A stretch of DNA of 63,997 nt, filler included, from Perkinsus olseni (Eukaryota): the NCBI GenBank assembly GCA_013115125.1. It is 4 parts of 4 records of this genome, joined end to end, with 100 filler letters (N's around TTAATTAATTAA, not from the genome) between each part and the next. Parts side by side here need not be neighbours in the genome. Positions count along the whole stretch, not along the records: positions 33,579 to 50,147 come from JABANN010000675.1; positions 50,248 to 63,997 come from JABANN010000745.1; 2 more parts are not named here. The stretch is one strand, 5' to 3'. Positions within the stretch are counted from its first letter, which is position 1; every line of letters begins with the position of its first letter. Position numbers and translations under genes: made by a program. Positions 39,292 to 52,545 of this stretch are shown here, one piece after another. Below the pieces are notes generated by a model, which was not told where the DNA came from, did no database searches, and saw nothing but the letters and a program-made list of their open reading frames with translations.

Positions 39292-42200
39292 ATGCGTGCC
39301 GTCAGCAGCAGCAGCAACAGGAAAGCATCCTCGTCCCTCGGAGGCTCTTCCTCCCAAGGCCTCGGCAAACGACCCACCACCGAAGGTACCGCTAAGGACG
39401 ATAAACAGCAGCCGCAAGTCCCTGTGTCGTTCAGTGAAAGGGAAAACGATATCCAGCGCTCGAAGGAGAACCTCTTGCGGGAGCGTGCAACCAGGTAAGA
39501 GCACTCCTGATGGCCGCATCATCTTTACTGCTGAACTGGTCGAGGCCAAACTTGGAATATACATGATGTGCCGTTTACTTTCCTGTACTACTGCGGCTGC
39601 TCGGTATGGGCCTCCGCTTAACTGGAGGGGCGTTGGAATCTTAGGTCGATCCTGGGTTGACACACAAAGGGATGTCGTGACAACGCGTAGGTGCAGGTGT
39701 CAGCGTATCAACTGCAGAGGGTGAGTTGCAGAGGCGGGTTGAGGCGCTCGGAGAGGAGGTCAGTATTCTACGCCAGCAGCTAGCTGAGAAGGAGCGGACA
39801 TTGAGAGAGATCAGTAGGTAAGCGGGAACCTTTCAGGAATTTCCGGAATTTCAGTCAGAAAATATTGCGTGGTACTCGTTCTCTAGAGCGAGAACCACGA
39901 TATTAGCAGAAATAGAGTACAAGACGTGAGAGATATCCATATCATTACTGTACGAGCATACGGGTGTACAGTAGATGACGATCTTCACTCGCCAATGCTC
40001 ATGGTTGTCCTCAATGATTTACGTTGCCACTCCGGGAGCTGGTAGTCGGAGGTGGTGTCAGAGCTTCGGCGGGGCGAGGGTGTTGGTAAATCGACCACGG
40101 ACCTTCAGCTGTAGCCTAGCTCCGGCCAGCATCCTTCTCAGCTACTACGACGAAGAGCTGAATGCCCAAGCGGAACAACACCGTGCTGAGCTGGGCCGCT
40201 TCGACCTCGTCGTAGAGATAGCGAAGCGGGATGCTATCAAGGACACCGAGAGGGATGCTCAGATTGGGCCAGAGAAAGTAGGCCCCGCCATTTTTCGATG
40301 AGATTATAGGGAGACTGGGCACCTCAGCTCCGCATGAGTCTGAACGACCTACAGAATCGGTTGCAACTGCAGACGATTGAGCTGCTGCGGAGCACTCATG
40401 AGCGCGAGTAAGCATCGAGAGCACACCTCCGCAGGGCCCTCGTAATTGCTGTGACTTCAGGTACTCAGTCAGATTGCACAGAGAGGAGGTGGGCTCGCTG
40501 AGGAGGCTGCTCGCCCATACAGGTACTCGACAGGTGAGACTAAACGCAGACCTCAGTTGTTGACGACCATATCTGCGCGAATCTTCAGCGTGAGCAGCTC
40601 GAGAGTTTGAAAGAATCCATGAAGTTGGAACAGAAGTCGGAGATGAAACGATATAAGGAGGGTTTCTTACGGAAAGCCACCACGGAACTTCGAGGGGGCC
40701 TCGAAGACCAGGCTGACCATGTCAAAATAAAGGAGTAATAGAGGCGATTTCTATCCACCTCAGCTTGGAAGCTGGAACAACCAGTCACGTGCTGGTGGTA
40801 GAGACGGGAGTCTTATCATGATCGGTCCAGGGATTCCGGGGGGGGGGGTTGAACGAGAGCGGACTAACCTAATCACCAACTAGTGGCCGATGATAACCGA
40901 TTCGAGGGATCAAACAACTTTTTTGATTCCCTCGTGACTAATGAAATAAAACGCCTCTAGCCCTGGAGACGATGCTAGAGAATCATCTACTCAGTAGTTT
41001 GCCGAGAGCAGCACAGAGTTGTCAATGGGAGAAGACACTGAATAGGTACTCAAGTGAGATGGAGAGGCTGCAGCAAAAGCTGAGAGCATCAGAGACCGAC
41101 AAGTACAAGGCTCGAGCTGAGCTGAGGAAGGCTAAGGAAATGAGAACCGCTGCTATGAACAAAGCGAGGGATGCTCGACGCGAGCTGGCCACAGTGAGAC
41201 GCTTCTGCAGGGAAGTCGTCTGTGAGGACTCCTAGGTACATGAGAAAAATGAAGAACTCTTCAAATGCTGCCAAGTCCTTTACAGGCAGTTGGGCGACTC
41301 CAAAGCACTGCCAGCGCTGCCTGACGTCGGTAGCGCCCCCGTTCCAGCCCTCGAATGGCTATCCTATGCAGAGAGGACGTACGCCCTCGCTGATGCAGCA
41401 GTGGGGCAGGAGAACACTACTAGGAGTGATAAGGAGTGGGAGGGAGTCATGCCTCCGGGGGGAAGCGATTATGGTATGGCAGGTCGGCGAGGAAGACTGC
41501 CCGCGGGTCTGAGGCATCTACGAGGTGCCCACCTACCTCGCGAGAGGGCTTGCTGCAGTCGCAGCTCAAACGTGCCATGCAGAAGTTGGAGGAGATGAAG
41601 AGAACAGCAATCATCATCTTAAAATCGAGGTCGAGGATTTATTGCCGCGATCCTTCCAACTTCGCAGACTACCTGTGATCAGATCCACAATCGAGCAGTA
41701 CCTGCACGAGGCCCTGGCGAACTGCAGGTCCGAGAAGGCAGCCGCGGGCTCAGCTGCGGCTGCTGCTCGAAGATTCAAGGTGAGAAGCCGGAGGGCTTGG
41801 ATGGGAGAGCCCTACGAGGTGGCAGGGTCGAGTTGCAGCGTTAGGGACTCAGTCTATTACCTGTGCAGGGAATCATTCTAAGATCGACTAGGGAAATGTG
41901 CTCGCGTGCACCACCGGCATGCTTGTGGGTAGGCTAGGACGATGGGAGAGATTCCGAAGGGAGAGGGTGGTGGCGAGTCGGAGCATGTGACAAATGGTGA
42001 TAGCAATGGTAGGTCATCAGCCTGTACTTGTGGACATACCACAATCTCACCAACTCATTTGCTCATCTGACGGTCGTAGGTTTGCCTTTGGAAGATGCCT
42101 CGGCACCGCAGACGGTCGGTGCTGCACATAAAGAGACATTCTTGACGGGTGCTGTGGACAACGACTACACCGAAGACGAGAACGAGGCTCCTGTAGTCCA

Positions 42201-42583
42201 ATCTAACGTACCGTTTACGGCCCATTAGAGGTCCTCTTGGTCCTAGCCTGCCTCCCCGCCTGGCTTCTCAGGGTCCTGCACGCGCGGTGCCGCCTCTGCT
42301 ACTGGACGGCGTCGATCGTGCGCCGACATGCGGTTTGGATGAGCTGGCAGCAGCATTAGAGAGGGCTCAACTTGGAGAAGAGGTCGATCTCGATGTCGGC
42401 CAGCTGAGCTGGGAATCCAAGGAACATATTTTGCGGATGGTGAGCATCTTTGCGCACCGCGAAGGTTTCTCCCCGCCTGCCCAGAGACACCTAAGGACGA
42501 TTGTCAGATCTTCCGGAGGATCAATAGCGATCCAATGGCCGCCATCAACAACCGGGAGCGTGCCCGGCTGCGGGCCCAACTAG
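39292..42583 (+). CDS. Multi-exon coiled-coil hypothetical protein
   Basis: Heptad-like exons (ELQRRVEALGEEVSILRQQLAEKERTL; EMERLQQKLRASETDKYKARAELRKAKE; LLQSQLKRAMQKLEEMK) flanked by GT/AG. Confidence 0.55.
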
Positions 42584-42845
42584 CCTCCTTGGGAACAGCA
42601 GTAGTTTAATCATGCAACTCGTCACACAAGAACGATGTCTCTTTGGAAACCTTGCGGGAGTTGCGTTTGTAGTTACCTTTCTCTGGGAGACACTTATAGT
42701 AGTACACGAGCCTAGTTCATCGGCCGTGGTAGTTACAGGGCAGGAATCGTAGCGAGGTGACTATGAGGATTTCTGTGGCGAAGGAAATCGGAATTTTGGC
42801 GAATTTTTTTCCGAAAATTCTGGGAAATTCGGATCTGAAATAGCC

Positions 42846-45800
42846 ATGAATTGTAGTTTACTTATTGAAATGGTAGTAGGAGCAGCGGCACTAAGAGGGA
42901 GGCGTCGATGTGACTCGTCCAACTCCTCCTCGTCGTTCGGCAGTGAGGAGTACCAGCTCGGCTCTAGCGTCTATCGTCGCCTCACACGCCGGCCTGCCTT
43001 TATGCATTTCGACAGGAAGGGCGTATTAGGGTGCAAGGACTGGGTAGAGAGGTACTCTCTTGGTACCAAGTTGGAGGGGCATCGAGGCTGCGTCAACACT
43101 GTGCTGTGGTCGGAGGATGGTAATGGGGAGGGGGAGGTCTCCATGGGGCGCTTGGAGCTGTCCGGAGCTGGGTCGTATCTGGTGTAGGGACGTTGCTCCT
43201 GCGCTTGATGGCCCGGAATGGGAAGTACCGCTAGACCGTCGTCCCCTTTGTACCTGTCGAAGCAACGGCACCGGAGATCTCCCTCCAACGCCATCATCTA
43301 TGGTCAGGCTCACTGGTGGTGAGTGGTAGTGACGATAAGGACGTTCGGATATGGCGACAGTCTGTGGGGGCATCGCAGGCCTCCCCACAGTGGAAATGTA
43401 AGCTTGCTGCCTCGCAGGGCCCATCACAGGCCTGAACAGGTGTTAACACCCTCGACACGGGCCATTCACATAACATATTCTGTGCTACCTTCGTGCCGGG
43501 CACCTGCGGTCGAGAGGTGAGGCTAAGGCTCCATACTGAGCATCCACTAGCATGGACACAGGTGGTGACGTGCGCTGGGGATGGCGAGCTTCGGGATATA
43601 GACGTCGAGTCTGGCACTACGAAGGTGAGCTGTTATCTCCCTCCCTTCGTTTGAAACTTCCTTAACATATCGTGCGGCACATGGCGTCACCACGTTTCTC
43701 ATCGCTCTTGTTGTCCATAAAGTTTCCTTATCCCACTGGTGATGTCCGAGCGATGAGGGTCCAGTCTTTCTAGGGGTTCGATCGGCCCAGTGAACCGTCT
43801 GCTGCAGGTGCTGCACAGCTGCCCAGGGATCTGCTTCAAGCACTGCCACGCCCCGTTCTGTCCCTCGCTGGTCCTCCTTACCAAGCAGGATGGAGGTGTC
43901 CGCCAGGTAAGGCCGATGATATGTCCTTCCGCGCAGTGCAGCAGCCTTACAGATCGACCTTCGCGAGGGACCTCCGCCGTCTCTGGAGAACCGAGGAAGA
44001 GGGGGCGGCGTGGTGAGTTCACTTAGACCGACTCTATCGTCGCAATCTTGGCTCCTCTCGGACGAACACGAGCCTATCTTCAATGTATCCAAAGACGGCG
44101 CAACCAGGAGAGGGTTCGACCGCACTTCTCTTCGTGACCCGATGGCTCGCTGACGGCCCACCAGCCCACCAAGATCGCTCTGTGTGGTCTTTCAGCGTCT
44201 CTTCAATGTGAACAACTTCCAAGAGGCCTCCTCACGTGCCGTCAATATGTCAACTGTAGGACAGTCAATCCGATAGAGGCCCTCATGCTGACCGGGATTG
44301 TTCTCAGGCAATCGGCTTCAACCCTGTCCAGTCCTACGTGTTTGCCCTGGGAGAGTGCTCTAAGGTCGTACGAACCTTCGACATGCGGATGGTTCGGTCG
44401 GCCCTTGAAGCGGACATGTGCCACGACGTCAGCCAGATGGCTGTACGGCAGTTCTATCCTGAGACGGTGATGGAAGGTGAGCTGGGACAGTGCACGCCTT
44501 TGCCTGCAAGGATGTCATATCAGATGCTACCGACCCTGAGGACCTAGCGTTGTCCGGCCTGTGGTGGTCCCAGGACGGCAATACTTTACTGCTCAACTAT
44601 CGAGGCTCTGATATGTATGAGATAAAGAACATAAATAAGGTAAGGCCTTTCCATCACACAGTCTACATTCAATAGTCCCCTGGTCCCTATGTGAATGCTG
44701 GGCGGATCCCTCTTCTGATGACTCCCTGTGTTAACGACGTTATTGTCCATACACTGAGAGGCTCGAGCTTGGCTTCTCGAGCTCCTCCTTTAGTGATCTC
44801 ATTCCTGCACGTGGCATAGTGGCCTTATTCTTGCATGCTGCCTTTCTTTTTCTCGTTATCGAGCGCACTTGAAACATTGGGCTTCAAACGGCCGCCGTTT
44901 CCCATCGGCGGCTACGACGGGCCACCGTCTCGTCGGTCGTGTAGGTAGAGCCCACAACAACCACCTCATCGTCATCATCACCTGCCAGTAAAGGTGTAGT
45001 TGCGGTGGGAACGCCCAACCTGCGGGTATACAGTGGAAGGCGGAACGAGGAAACCTTTGCCAAGGAGTGCTGCATGCTCGGTGGGGACCGGTAGGTAGCT
45101 GCCGTTGGTAGCCGATCCATGCCGAGCCCTGTGCAGGTATGTCGCTACTGGAGGGGACTGCGGTCACGTCTACATCTGGGATAGACAGACACAGAGGCTC
45201 CAGCGGAAGATCAAGGCCGACACTTTCGTTGTTAACTGTGTTGGTAAGTTCGTACCTACTCTACCGTACCTGCGTGGGAGGCCAGCGAGCACGGTTCCAT
45301 TGGACGACGACTCTCTACAAGGAAGCTCCGACGTTCAAGACTCGAGCCTTGTTATGTGCATGTCACAGTACTCGATGTACTCCTTTGTCGGGCCCACTCC
45401 GCAGACCCATTACATTTCTGCAGGGTCGGGGTTTGAGTATGATCGATCATTCTTAGCCCCTCATCCTCTTGGAGAACCCTTCCTCCTCACCAGCGGCATC
45501 GATAGCGACGTTAAGCTATGGCACACCGGCACTATCCGACGTGCTACGCTCCTACATATCATTCCCTACCACCCAACCGATATATCCAGATACGCTGAAG
45601 CGTGACTGCAGCTCTGACCTGCTCAATGGTGGCCCCTCCCGACCCTTGAGGGTCCGAATGTTCGGCTCGCAGTGGGAAGAGCAGGTGCGCTCTCGGCCAT
45701 CTTTTTTCACGTATGATGATGTGCTCCCTTCAAGGCGCCGCCCACTATTATAACGATTGAAGAGGTACGCAGCCGGATCGATCAGGCCAACAACAGGAGG

Positions 45801-46581
45801 CAGGATGCCAACGAGGCCTTCCGAGAATCACGGTGAGGTCGCTTGTTGAGCCCGCCTTCCAGACTCGGTTCTCATGTAGGTACGAGACAGCGCTGGTGTT
45901 ATATAGCGAAGTTCTCGACTTGTTACGATACAACTCAACAGAGGAGAGCGATGAGCTCGAACGGGAACGGTGAGCCACTGCTGATCGGAGCATGCCAGCT
46001 TTAGGAGATTGAGGCTTCTCAGTATCGTACGACCCTTCGGTTTCAGCGGTAGCTTGCTGTGGTCCTTCAGGCGAGAGTGCGCAGCCATCACCTACAGTAA
46101 CATGAGTGCTTGCCATATAAAGCTGTCCAGCTGGGCCGATGGGCTGGCCTCCAGTAAGACTTGTAGTTGTCAGTACGCATTAGGGCGTCCCTCTGACGCT
46201 CTGGCAGGTAACTCGGCACTTGAGCTCGAGCCCTACTTGCTCAAAGCCATCTTGCGAAGAGCTCGCTGTAAGTTTGAGCTGAACGATTTCAATGGTTGTC
46301 GGGACGACTTGAGCATAGCCGAGCATCACCGAGACATAGGGCCCTCAGGTGAGTTCCTCGGTATCAAGCGCAGACGGGCGTCCACGAGAGTGTTGGTCGC
46401 GCTCCGCGAGGTCTCGTGCTGGATTGTGGATGGCGTTATGCTCCAAGCCAATAACTTCGGAGTACCTTAGTGAAGCCTTTCAGGTCTTCACGAGATTCGG
46501 AAACTGCGGCGTGAGATAGCCGTGAAAGAACGTGAGAGTCGCCGACGAGAGCAATCCTTCTTCGCCAGGATATTCGGCTAG
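42846..46581 (+). CDS. WD40-repeat DDB1/CUL4-associated factor (DCAF8/WDTC1-like) with C-terminal TPR region (multi-exon)
   Basis: LEGHRGCVNTVLWSEDG, TGHSHNIFCATFVP, VVTCAGDGELR, YSGRRNEETFAKE, YVATGGDCGHVYIWD, ADTFVVNCV.PHP, LLTSGIDSDVKLW, then TPR-like ALELEPYLLKAILRRARCKFELNDF. Confidence 0.85.
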
Positions 46582-47293
46582 CCATTTTTCAATCGCTGTT
46601 GCTTCGATAAGACTTTGTTATACATTCACTCTCCTTCTGCTGTACCGTTATGTCGTCGCTTTTCATGAAGCCGGTGAAGTGTTGTCAACTCTCGCATAGA
46701 GGCGGGAAGGCCAAGACCATCATGACTGAGAATACCGCGCGTACACGATAATGCACATTCACTCCGCTGCGTGCAGGGCCCGCTCGGCTCCAGGGCCATC
46801 GACCGAACATCGTAATGACCCGAAAAAAAGAATTGCTGTCGTAAATATGGTAATCCAGCCGAAGCTGCGAACCAGGATGCATGTAGACAACCCACTCTAT
46901 ATAGCGGTGAATCGTTGCTACTGTGTCGCCATCAAGGTTGTGGTGAATCGTAACAGTACAGCTTTTACAGGACAGGTGCAGTGTGTGTGAAGTTCACTGT
47001 GAACAGTATGGATTTGGAGTGACGTGGAAGGTAAAGGCTTTAAGACCGATGCTTATGAGGCGGATGATGTCAGCTGTGTTAGCCAAGGCTAGGACCCTCG
47101 GTAAACAAGGGAGCACGAACTCTGTCTATGGTGTTTCACAAGGAATGCCATTGAGAAGTTCACTCGCCCACGATGAACTCACTAGATTCACATTGTGGGT
47201 TGGGATTACTAACGCGGAGCCGCAGCTAGCCAACAGCGTGTTAAATCGTCGCATGCATGAAAAAGCTCATGTACAGAAAACGGACGAAGTCCA

Positions 47294-49820
47294 TCAGAAA
47301 TTGCATTCTTCGCAGCTGGTCTTGCCGAGGAGGAAAAGCTGAAAAAGAACTTGCATGATCAACACCGCAGAAGAGGCATGCGATTGGTAAAGCCAGTGGC
47401 GAGCATTGATTGTCCTAACGAAAACCCTGCTTACAACTGATTCGACGGCGTATACTAGCTCAGCTGAAGGGTCTTGCCCGCACTCCCTCATGAGGCACCT
47501 ATGTAAGGCAGCAGTCATTTCCGTCCCTCGCGGGAGCAAGCCGAAAGTTTGCAGAATTGCTGTATTCTCGTCGGGGCTCATTGTGTCACTGCCATCCAGG
47601 TCCGTGGATTCCAGTGTTTCACGGGTGCTAACGCAGACCGGCAAGCATGCTTTAGGAGACCCGCTCGAAACCCATTTCCGACAGTATCCTATGAGAGTTT
47701 GTGCTAAGCCAGTGAGAGTACTGTCACCATCAACCACACAAGTATCCGCAGACTCTGGACCACAGTCCACGATTCCCTCCGTCCACTCGGGAAAATTAGT
47801 GCTTGTACAGATAGGGTTGCCGGCCAAGCCAAGATACTCGAGATGGCGCATTTCCTTGAGGGAGTCGAATGGCAGCTCTTGAATTTGTGATAGCTCGAAC
47901 TGGAAGGACCGGATGGAGGGCAACCGTTGATGCACATCGTCTGGGAGTGTGACTAACGGGGTCGCCGTGACGGCCAAAACCTCCAGGTCCGCCAACAGCC
48001 CGATGTCCAGGGTCTCCAGCGGTACAGTCACCAGGTTTAGAACCACAAGCTTTTCGAACCTCGAGACCGCATCGAGGAGGGCCCGTTGTTGATTCGTACA
48101 CGAGGCCGTTGGGGCTGGGTTGCGGTCGGATATTCTGAGGTATTCTAATCTGTTGTAGAGTGACACACGGGCCATGTCCTCCTGGACACAAACGCCATCA
48201 AGATGCACGAATGCCATCCGACAGTCACAGGACTCGGAGTCGAGTATTGGATACACCGGAAGCAAACACTCGGAATCGTAGTTAGGGATGAGTTCGTTAC
48301 AGTCACCCTTGAGCTGAGTTATTGTCACATAGATAAAACCACTGATACCAACGACCCACAGCATGAAGGCAATGAAGTAAGAACGTAGGCAAGTACGCCT
48401 GGGGGCGCGAGTAAGAGCGGGGTTCTTAGCGATCTCGAAGAGGTATCGATCGACGCCTATAATGTTATCCAAGGAAAGAATGGCGGGCACGAGACTCGAG
48501 AGGAAGGATACGAAGGTGGTGAACTGCAGGGCTGGCCAAGTGTCGGGTAGGAATATGTGACCGGAGATGAGGAGGTAGGCAGCAGTGAAGCTGAAGGCGG
48601 CCATAACATCGAATAGACAAGCCCAGACTCTGTTGTTGAGTATGAGTGTTGTTGGGCCGACGACCAATACCAACATAATGAGAGTAGCCTGGGTCATGAT
48701 AGCTGTACGGTTCGCCACAAGAATCTTCTCCCCTGTGACGGAACGGCCACCAAGTTCAACCAGTCGGATGATTTGCAGCACAGTGTCCAAGATCTGAAGC
48801 CCGAAATAACCACGCCAGAACCACTCCCCGCCCAGCTCGAATTTCTTCCTCAGAGTAGCGGCGACTAGAATTATCCGCTGTGAGATAGCATTGTCAGAAT
48901 ATTCGTGGAACGTACTAACTCCACTAGGGGCATCACTTCTCAAAATAGCCAACTTTACTCTGTCGCTCATCAGCAACGTCTTCACCACCGTCGCTGCTCG
49001 AGCCAACGCGATCAGCCCAATGGACCCGAGTATGATAGATTCCATCACGCCAGCAGCGGTGACCTCATAGCGTGTGTTCTTTGGCTTCGTAAGGGCCTCT
49101 GTGGCGAGAGTGTCCAACTCGTCAGCGGTAGGAGGTACTGGCACAATGAATTGAGCGTAGCACTGTATACCACAAATAAAGGCAAGGAGTACCTAGTTAT
49201 TAGCGAGCAACCCTTACTCTTTGATGCCACTGACGAAATTCCAAAGCCGCGAGTTCATTCAATCGACACCATTACAGAATATGAGTGCCTTCTATCGTAC
49301 TGGACTCACCAAGAGAAGGAGGAGGCCTAGTCTGTAGGGCGTGTTGTACTTGTCGACCAGAACTATGGCCATGAACTGCAAGGTAGATTGGCGAGCAGCC
49401 AAACGCCGTTCCCTCTGAGTTAGGGCTGCTTAAGTTATCCGACTTCGTTGAAGCAGCTCACTTGCGTAAATGATGGTCTCCGAGTGTCCAACTCCTTTAT
49501 AATATTCTCAACGTCATCGTCATTCTCATCGAGAACAATTTCGTGCGTCACGGGTTCCTCCTCGTTTTCAGGTAGCTCTGCCTCCTTTGCTTTATGTTCT
49601 GGTGGTCCTAGCTCCGGCCGTTCCTCCTCACGATGAGTTTCACTTGGCGGGTCTGAAAGAAGTATCAGGGTTCGTGGATCATAGCCAACCAGACTGCCTC
49701 CCCATCGTCTTTACATTGCCCGTCCAGTGGTTGTGCATCAGCAACGTCAATATTCGCCATACTGCCCTCCGTATCAGGCGGAAGACGAGTGGTGTTGTCA
49801 CATTCGGCAGGAGCTTCCAT
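47294..49820 (-). CDS. Multi-pass membrane protein with leucine-rich repeats and an EF-hand-like loop
   Basis: 616-aa ORF 47294-49144 with several TM segments, Cys-rich cap (CLLPVYP...CDC), LRRs (LEVLAV..TPL, LEYLGLAGNPIC) and DLDGSDTMSPDE. Acidic upstream exons extend to an ATG at 49820. Confidence 0.75.
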
Positions 49821-50147
49821 GTCGGCTAGTGCAGCAACGATAACAGATGCGTCGCATACAAAACGCAATAGCTAAGGCTGGACTTGTAGCATAGCAAATG
49901 GGCTATTGAACAGTCAGTAGCTCTCAGTCAGAACAGAGGCTATCGCGCTTCGTGATTTCTTACGTGCCACACTGGCTTATTGCCAATCTGACATGCTTAC
50001 GGTACGAAACACCACGGATATTTATCGGAATTTAGAGGGTGATCGAAGAAAATTTCCGGAGCGCCAGGTTTCGCCAACTCACCAACTTTGGCAAAACCCC
50101 TTTTTGGTTGTCCAAACAGATGGTTGGTGAAATCTAGTATATGCCCC

Positions 50148-50247
50148 NNNNNNNNNNNNNNNNNNNNNNNNNNNNNNNNNNNNNNNNNNNNTTAATTAAT
50201 TAANNNNNNNNNNNNNNNNNNNNNNNNNNNNNNNNNNNNNNNNNNNN
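50148..50247. other. Artificial contig spacer
   Basis: 100-bp N spacer with TTAATTAATTAA at 50192-50203. Confidence 0.95.
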
Positions 50248-50440
50248 CCATAATGAAGGTCGAAAGATACTCCATAATGAAGGTCGAAAGATACTCCATA
50301 AAAAAGGTCGAAAGATACTCCATAAAAAAGGTCGAAAGATACTCCATAATGAAGGTCGAAAGATACTCCATAATGAAGGTCGAAAGATACTCCATAATGA
50401 AGGTCGAAAGATACTCCATAATGAAGGTCGAAAGATACTC
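50248..50440. repeat. 24-bp tandem repeat CCATAATGAAGGTCGAAAGATACT, 8 copies, truncated by the contig start
   Basis: Direct reading; two copies carry AA instead of TG. Confidence 0.95.
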
Positions 50441-52455
50441 TATCATAAAAGCCTAGAAAAACACATCAAGAGAAGAGAGAAGGTACTCATACCCGATTCG
50501 TCGTCAGCTCAGCACAAAGAATTTTACAATGTTTATACAGTACCTACAACCCTCCGAGGCGAGCGCGCAGTACATTGCCCGCCTCCGACTGCTGCTGCCC
50601 CTCCTCCTCCTCCTCCTCCTCCTCCCCTTCATACATCGGCCGTCTCAGTCGAGGCAGCCGACCATATGATTCCAACAAGCTCACCACCTGTCCCGCTTGC
50701 AGCTCACTGAGCCTCGACACCAGTACACCAGCTGAGAACCAGGATGTCGTGACCAGGATTCGAACCCGGGACCTCCTCCCTCACCGACAACATCCAGCAC
50801 TTGACTGTCATACATCCTCGACTGTCCGCTAGCCCGAGCGATGAGCCGACAGTCCGATACCGACATGCAGGAACTTGGCAGGGTGACTGAATCAGAGCAG
50901 CCCACGTCCGAGGATCACCATCCCCGGCAGGCATCCACGGCAAGAGGACGGGAAGGTCGTACACTCGGCGATCGTTTTCCACCGGAAAGATATTTTCTAA
51001 TTTCCCCACAAACGGATAGGATTATCGGAAGTTGTGGTATCATATTGATTTAATTTCAATCACGAGCTTCGCGGTGAGGGATTTTCTACTGAGCACTACT
51101 CTTTCCTTCTTTTTGCTCGCCATTTTTTGACTTCTTTTCTTCAGCATAATTTTTTGCTGGTCGCATCGAGGAGAATCAGCCCCTCCCACCGTCGGAGTCC
51201 GCCTTCCCCAAATCTGCTGCCGCTCCCTGTTCTCTTTCCGGAACCCCTTCTTCCTTCGACCCCATCGCCTCCAATTCGCCGAGTATCCGGCCGTTCAACT
51301 GAGCACACCAACATAAATCCACGAACGTGAAATCTTAGGTCGATCACAGTCTTCAACAGAAAAGGTCGACTCATGAAATATCTTGAATATTATCGACACA
51401 CCTTCTCTAGCATTAGTGGAAGCAACCAAGCTAATGTCAAGGGAAATTGACACCGAGAGACACTACTCCGAGTTCTATTTCTCAAGACTTGTTATTATCT
51501 ACCCTTCCCGTCGCTTCAACTCTCAAATAAGAAAGAACTGAGCCGACAGGCGCGAAACGTAGGACATCAAGCAAACCACTGCAAATTTATCACACGACCT
51601 CGATTTCGAAACCTGATAGCGTGAGAGTGTCGAAACTATAAAAGACGATAAGTTACTGACACGTTCCGGAATCTTCACTCTCCTCGTACTCTAGGTAGCG
51701 CAAAACGGAAAAAATAGCGAAAATTTTCACTCACATATTCTTGACAGGAAACCGAGCTTACCAGCGTCATGCACTCGAACTCAGCATGACCAGTAGTAGC
51801 TAGGGCATACAGTAGTACGGCGCAGTGGTGAACCTGAGAGGAGGGAGGATGGGAAACTGCTGCCCTTCGACCGATACGCGATCCCTATCGTCGGCAACCG
51901 CTTCATTCAAGCAGAAAACTGGTCAGAAAAATCTAATCCTTGCAATCGATTGCCAATCGATCATTTCTGTGTTCCCAAAAGTTTCCCCAATTTTTCAGTA
52001 TTTCTCGAATTTTTTTCGGGAAAAACCGACTATTACACTGAGCTTATCCGCCAGAGGACCCCGGACGTTGTTAATAACGCTACGCCAGAAATCGCGATCA
52101 ACCACTCCTTCCTGAGCCGACTGCCGAACCTGACCAGTGCCACCGTCACGCGCCACAAAATTATGAGACTCACCTGGGATACCCAGTCGGAGATATTGAT
52201 GATCTGCTTCTGCGTCGCTCCGCCAGTTGCTGATGCAAAATGCCGGAAAAGTGAAGTTACCAGCTTTTTGGAGGGTAATCGTGATCCGCTAAGGCAAGCC
52301 ATTGGAAAGGAAGATGACCTTCCTGAGCTTCTTTGTATCATGCAAGCACAACCTCAAGATACTCCCCATATCTTAATCGTACGGCTTTACGCACTCGAAC
52401 GAACAAAACAGCAGAGAACGGATGATCTCAAATTACAAGCATGGCCAAATACTGA

Positions 52456-52520
52456 AAAATGGAGGTACCAGGAATCGAACCCGGGACCTCCTCACAGTCT
52501 ACTACATTAGATAACACCGG
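52456..52520 (-). pseudogene. tRNA-like relic (Ala-like 3' half with TTTT)
   Basis: Minus strand GAGGTCCCGGGTTCGATTCCTGGTACCTCCATTTT; 5' half not foldable by eye. Confidence 0.45.
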
Positions 52521-52545
52521 CATCAATTATACACCAACCCGTATC

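Noticed and set aside
46575-46600. Spliced-leader relic (TAGCCATTTT)
   Set aside because: Only a short partial match, located at a stop codon and 3' UTR rather than upstream of a gene.
50248-50440. CRISPR-like array or repeat protein (MEYLSTFI / MKVERYSI ORFs)
   Set aside because: Units are contiguous with no unique spacers; the ORFs arise only because the unit length is a multiple of 3.
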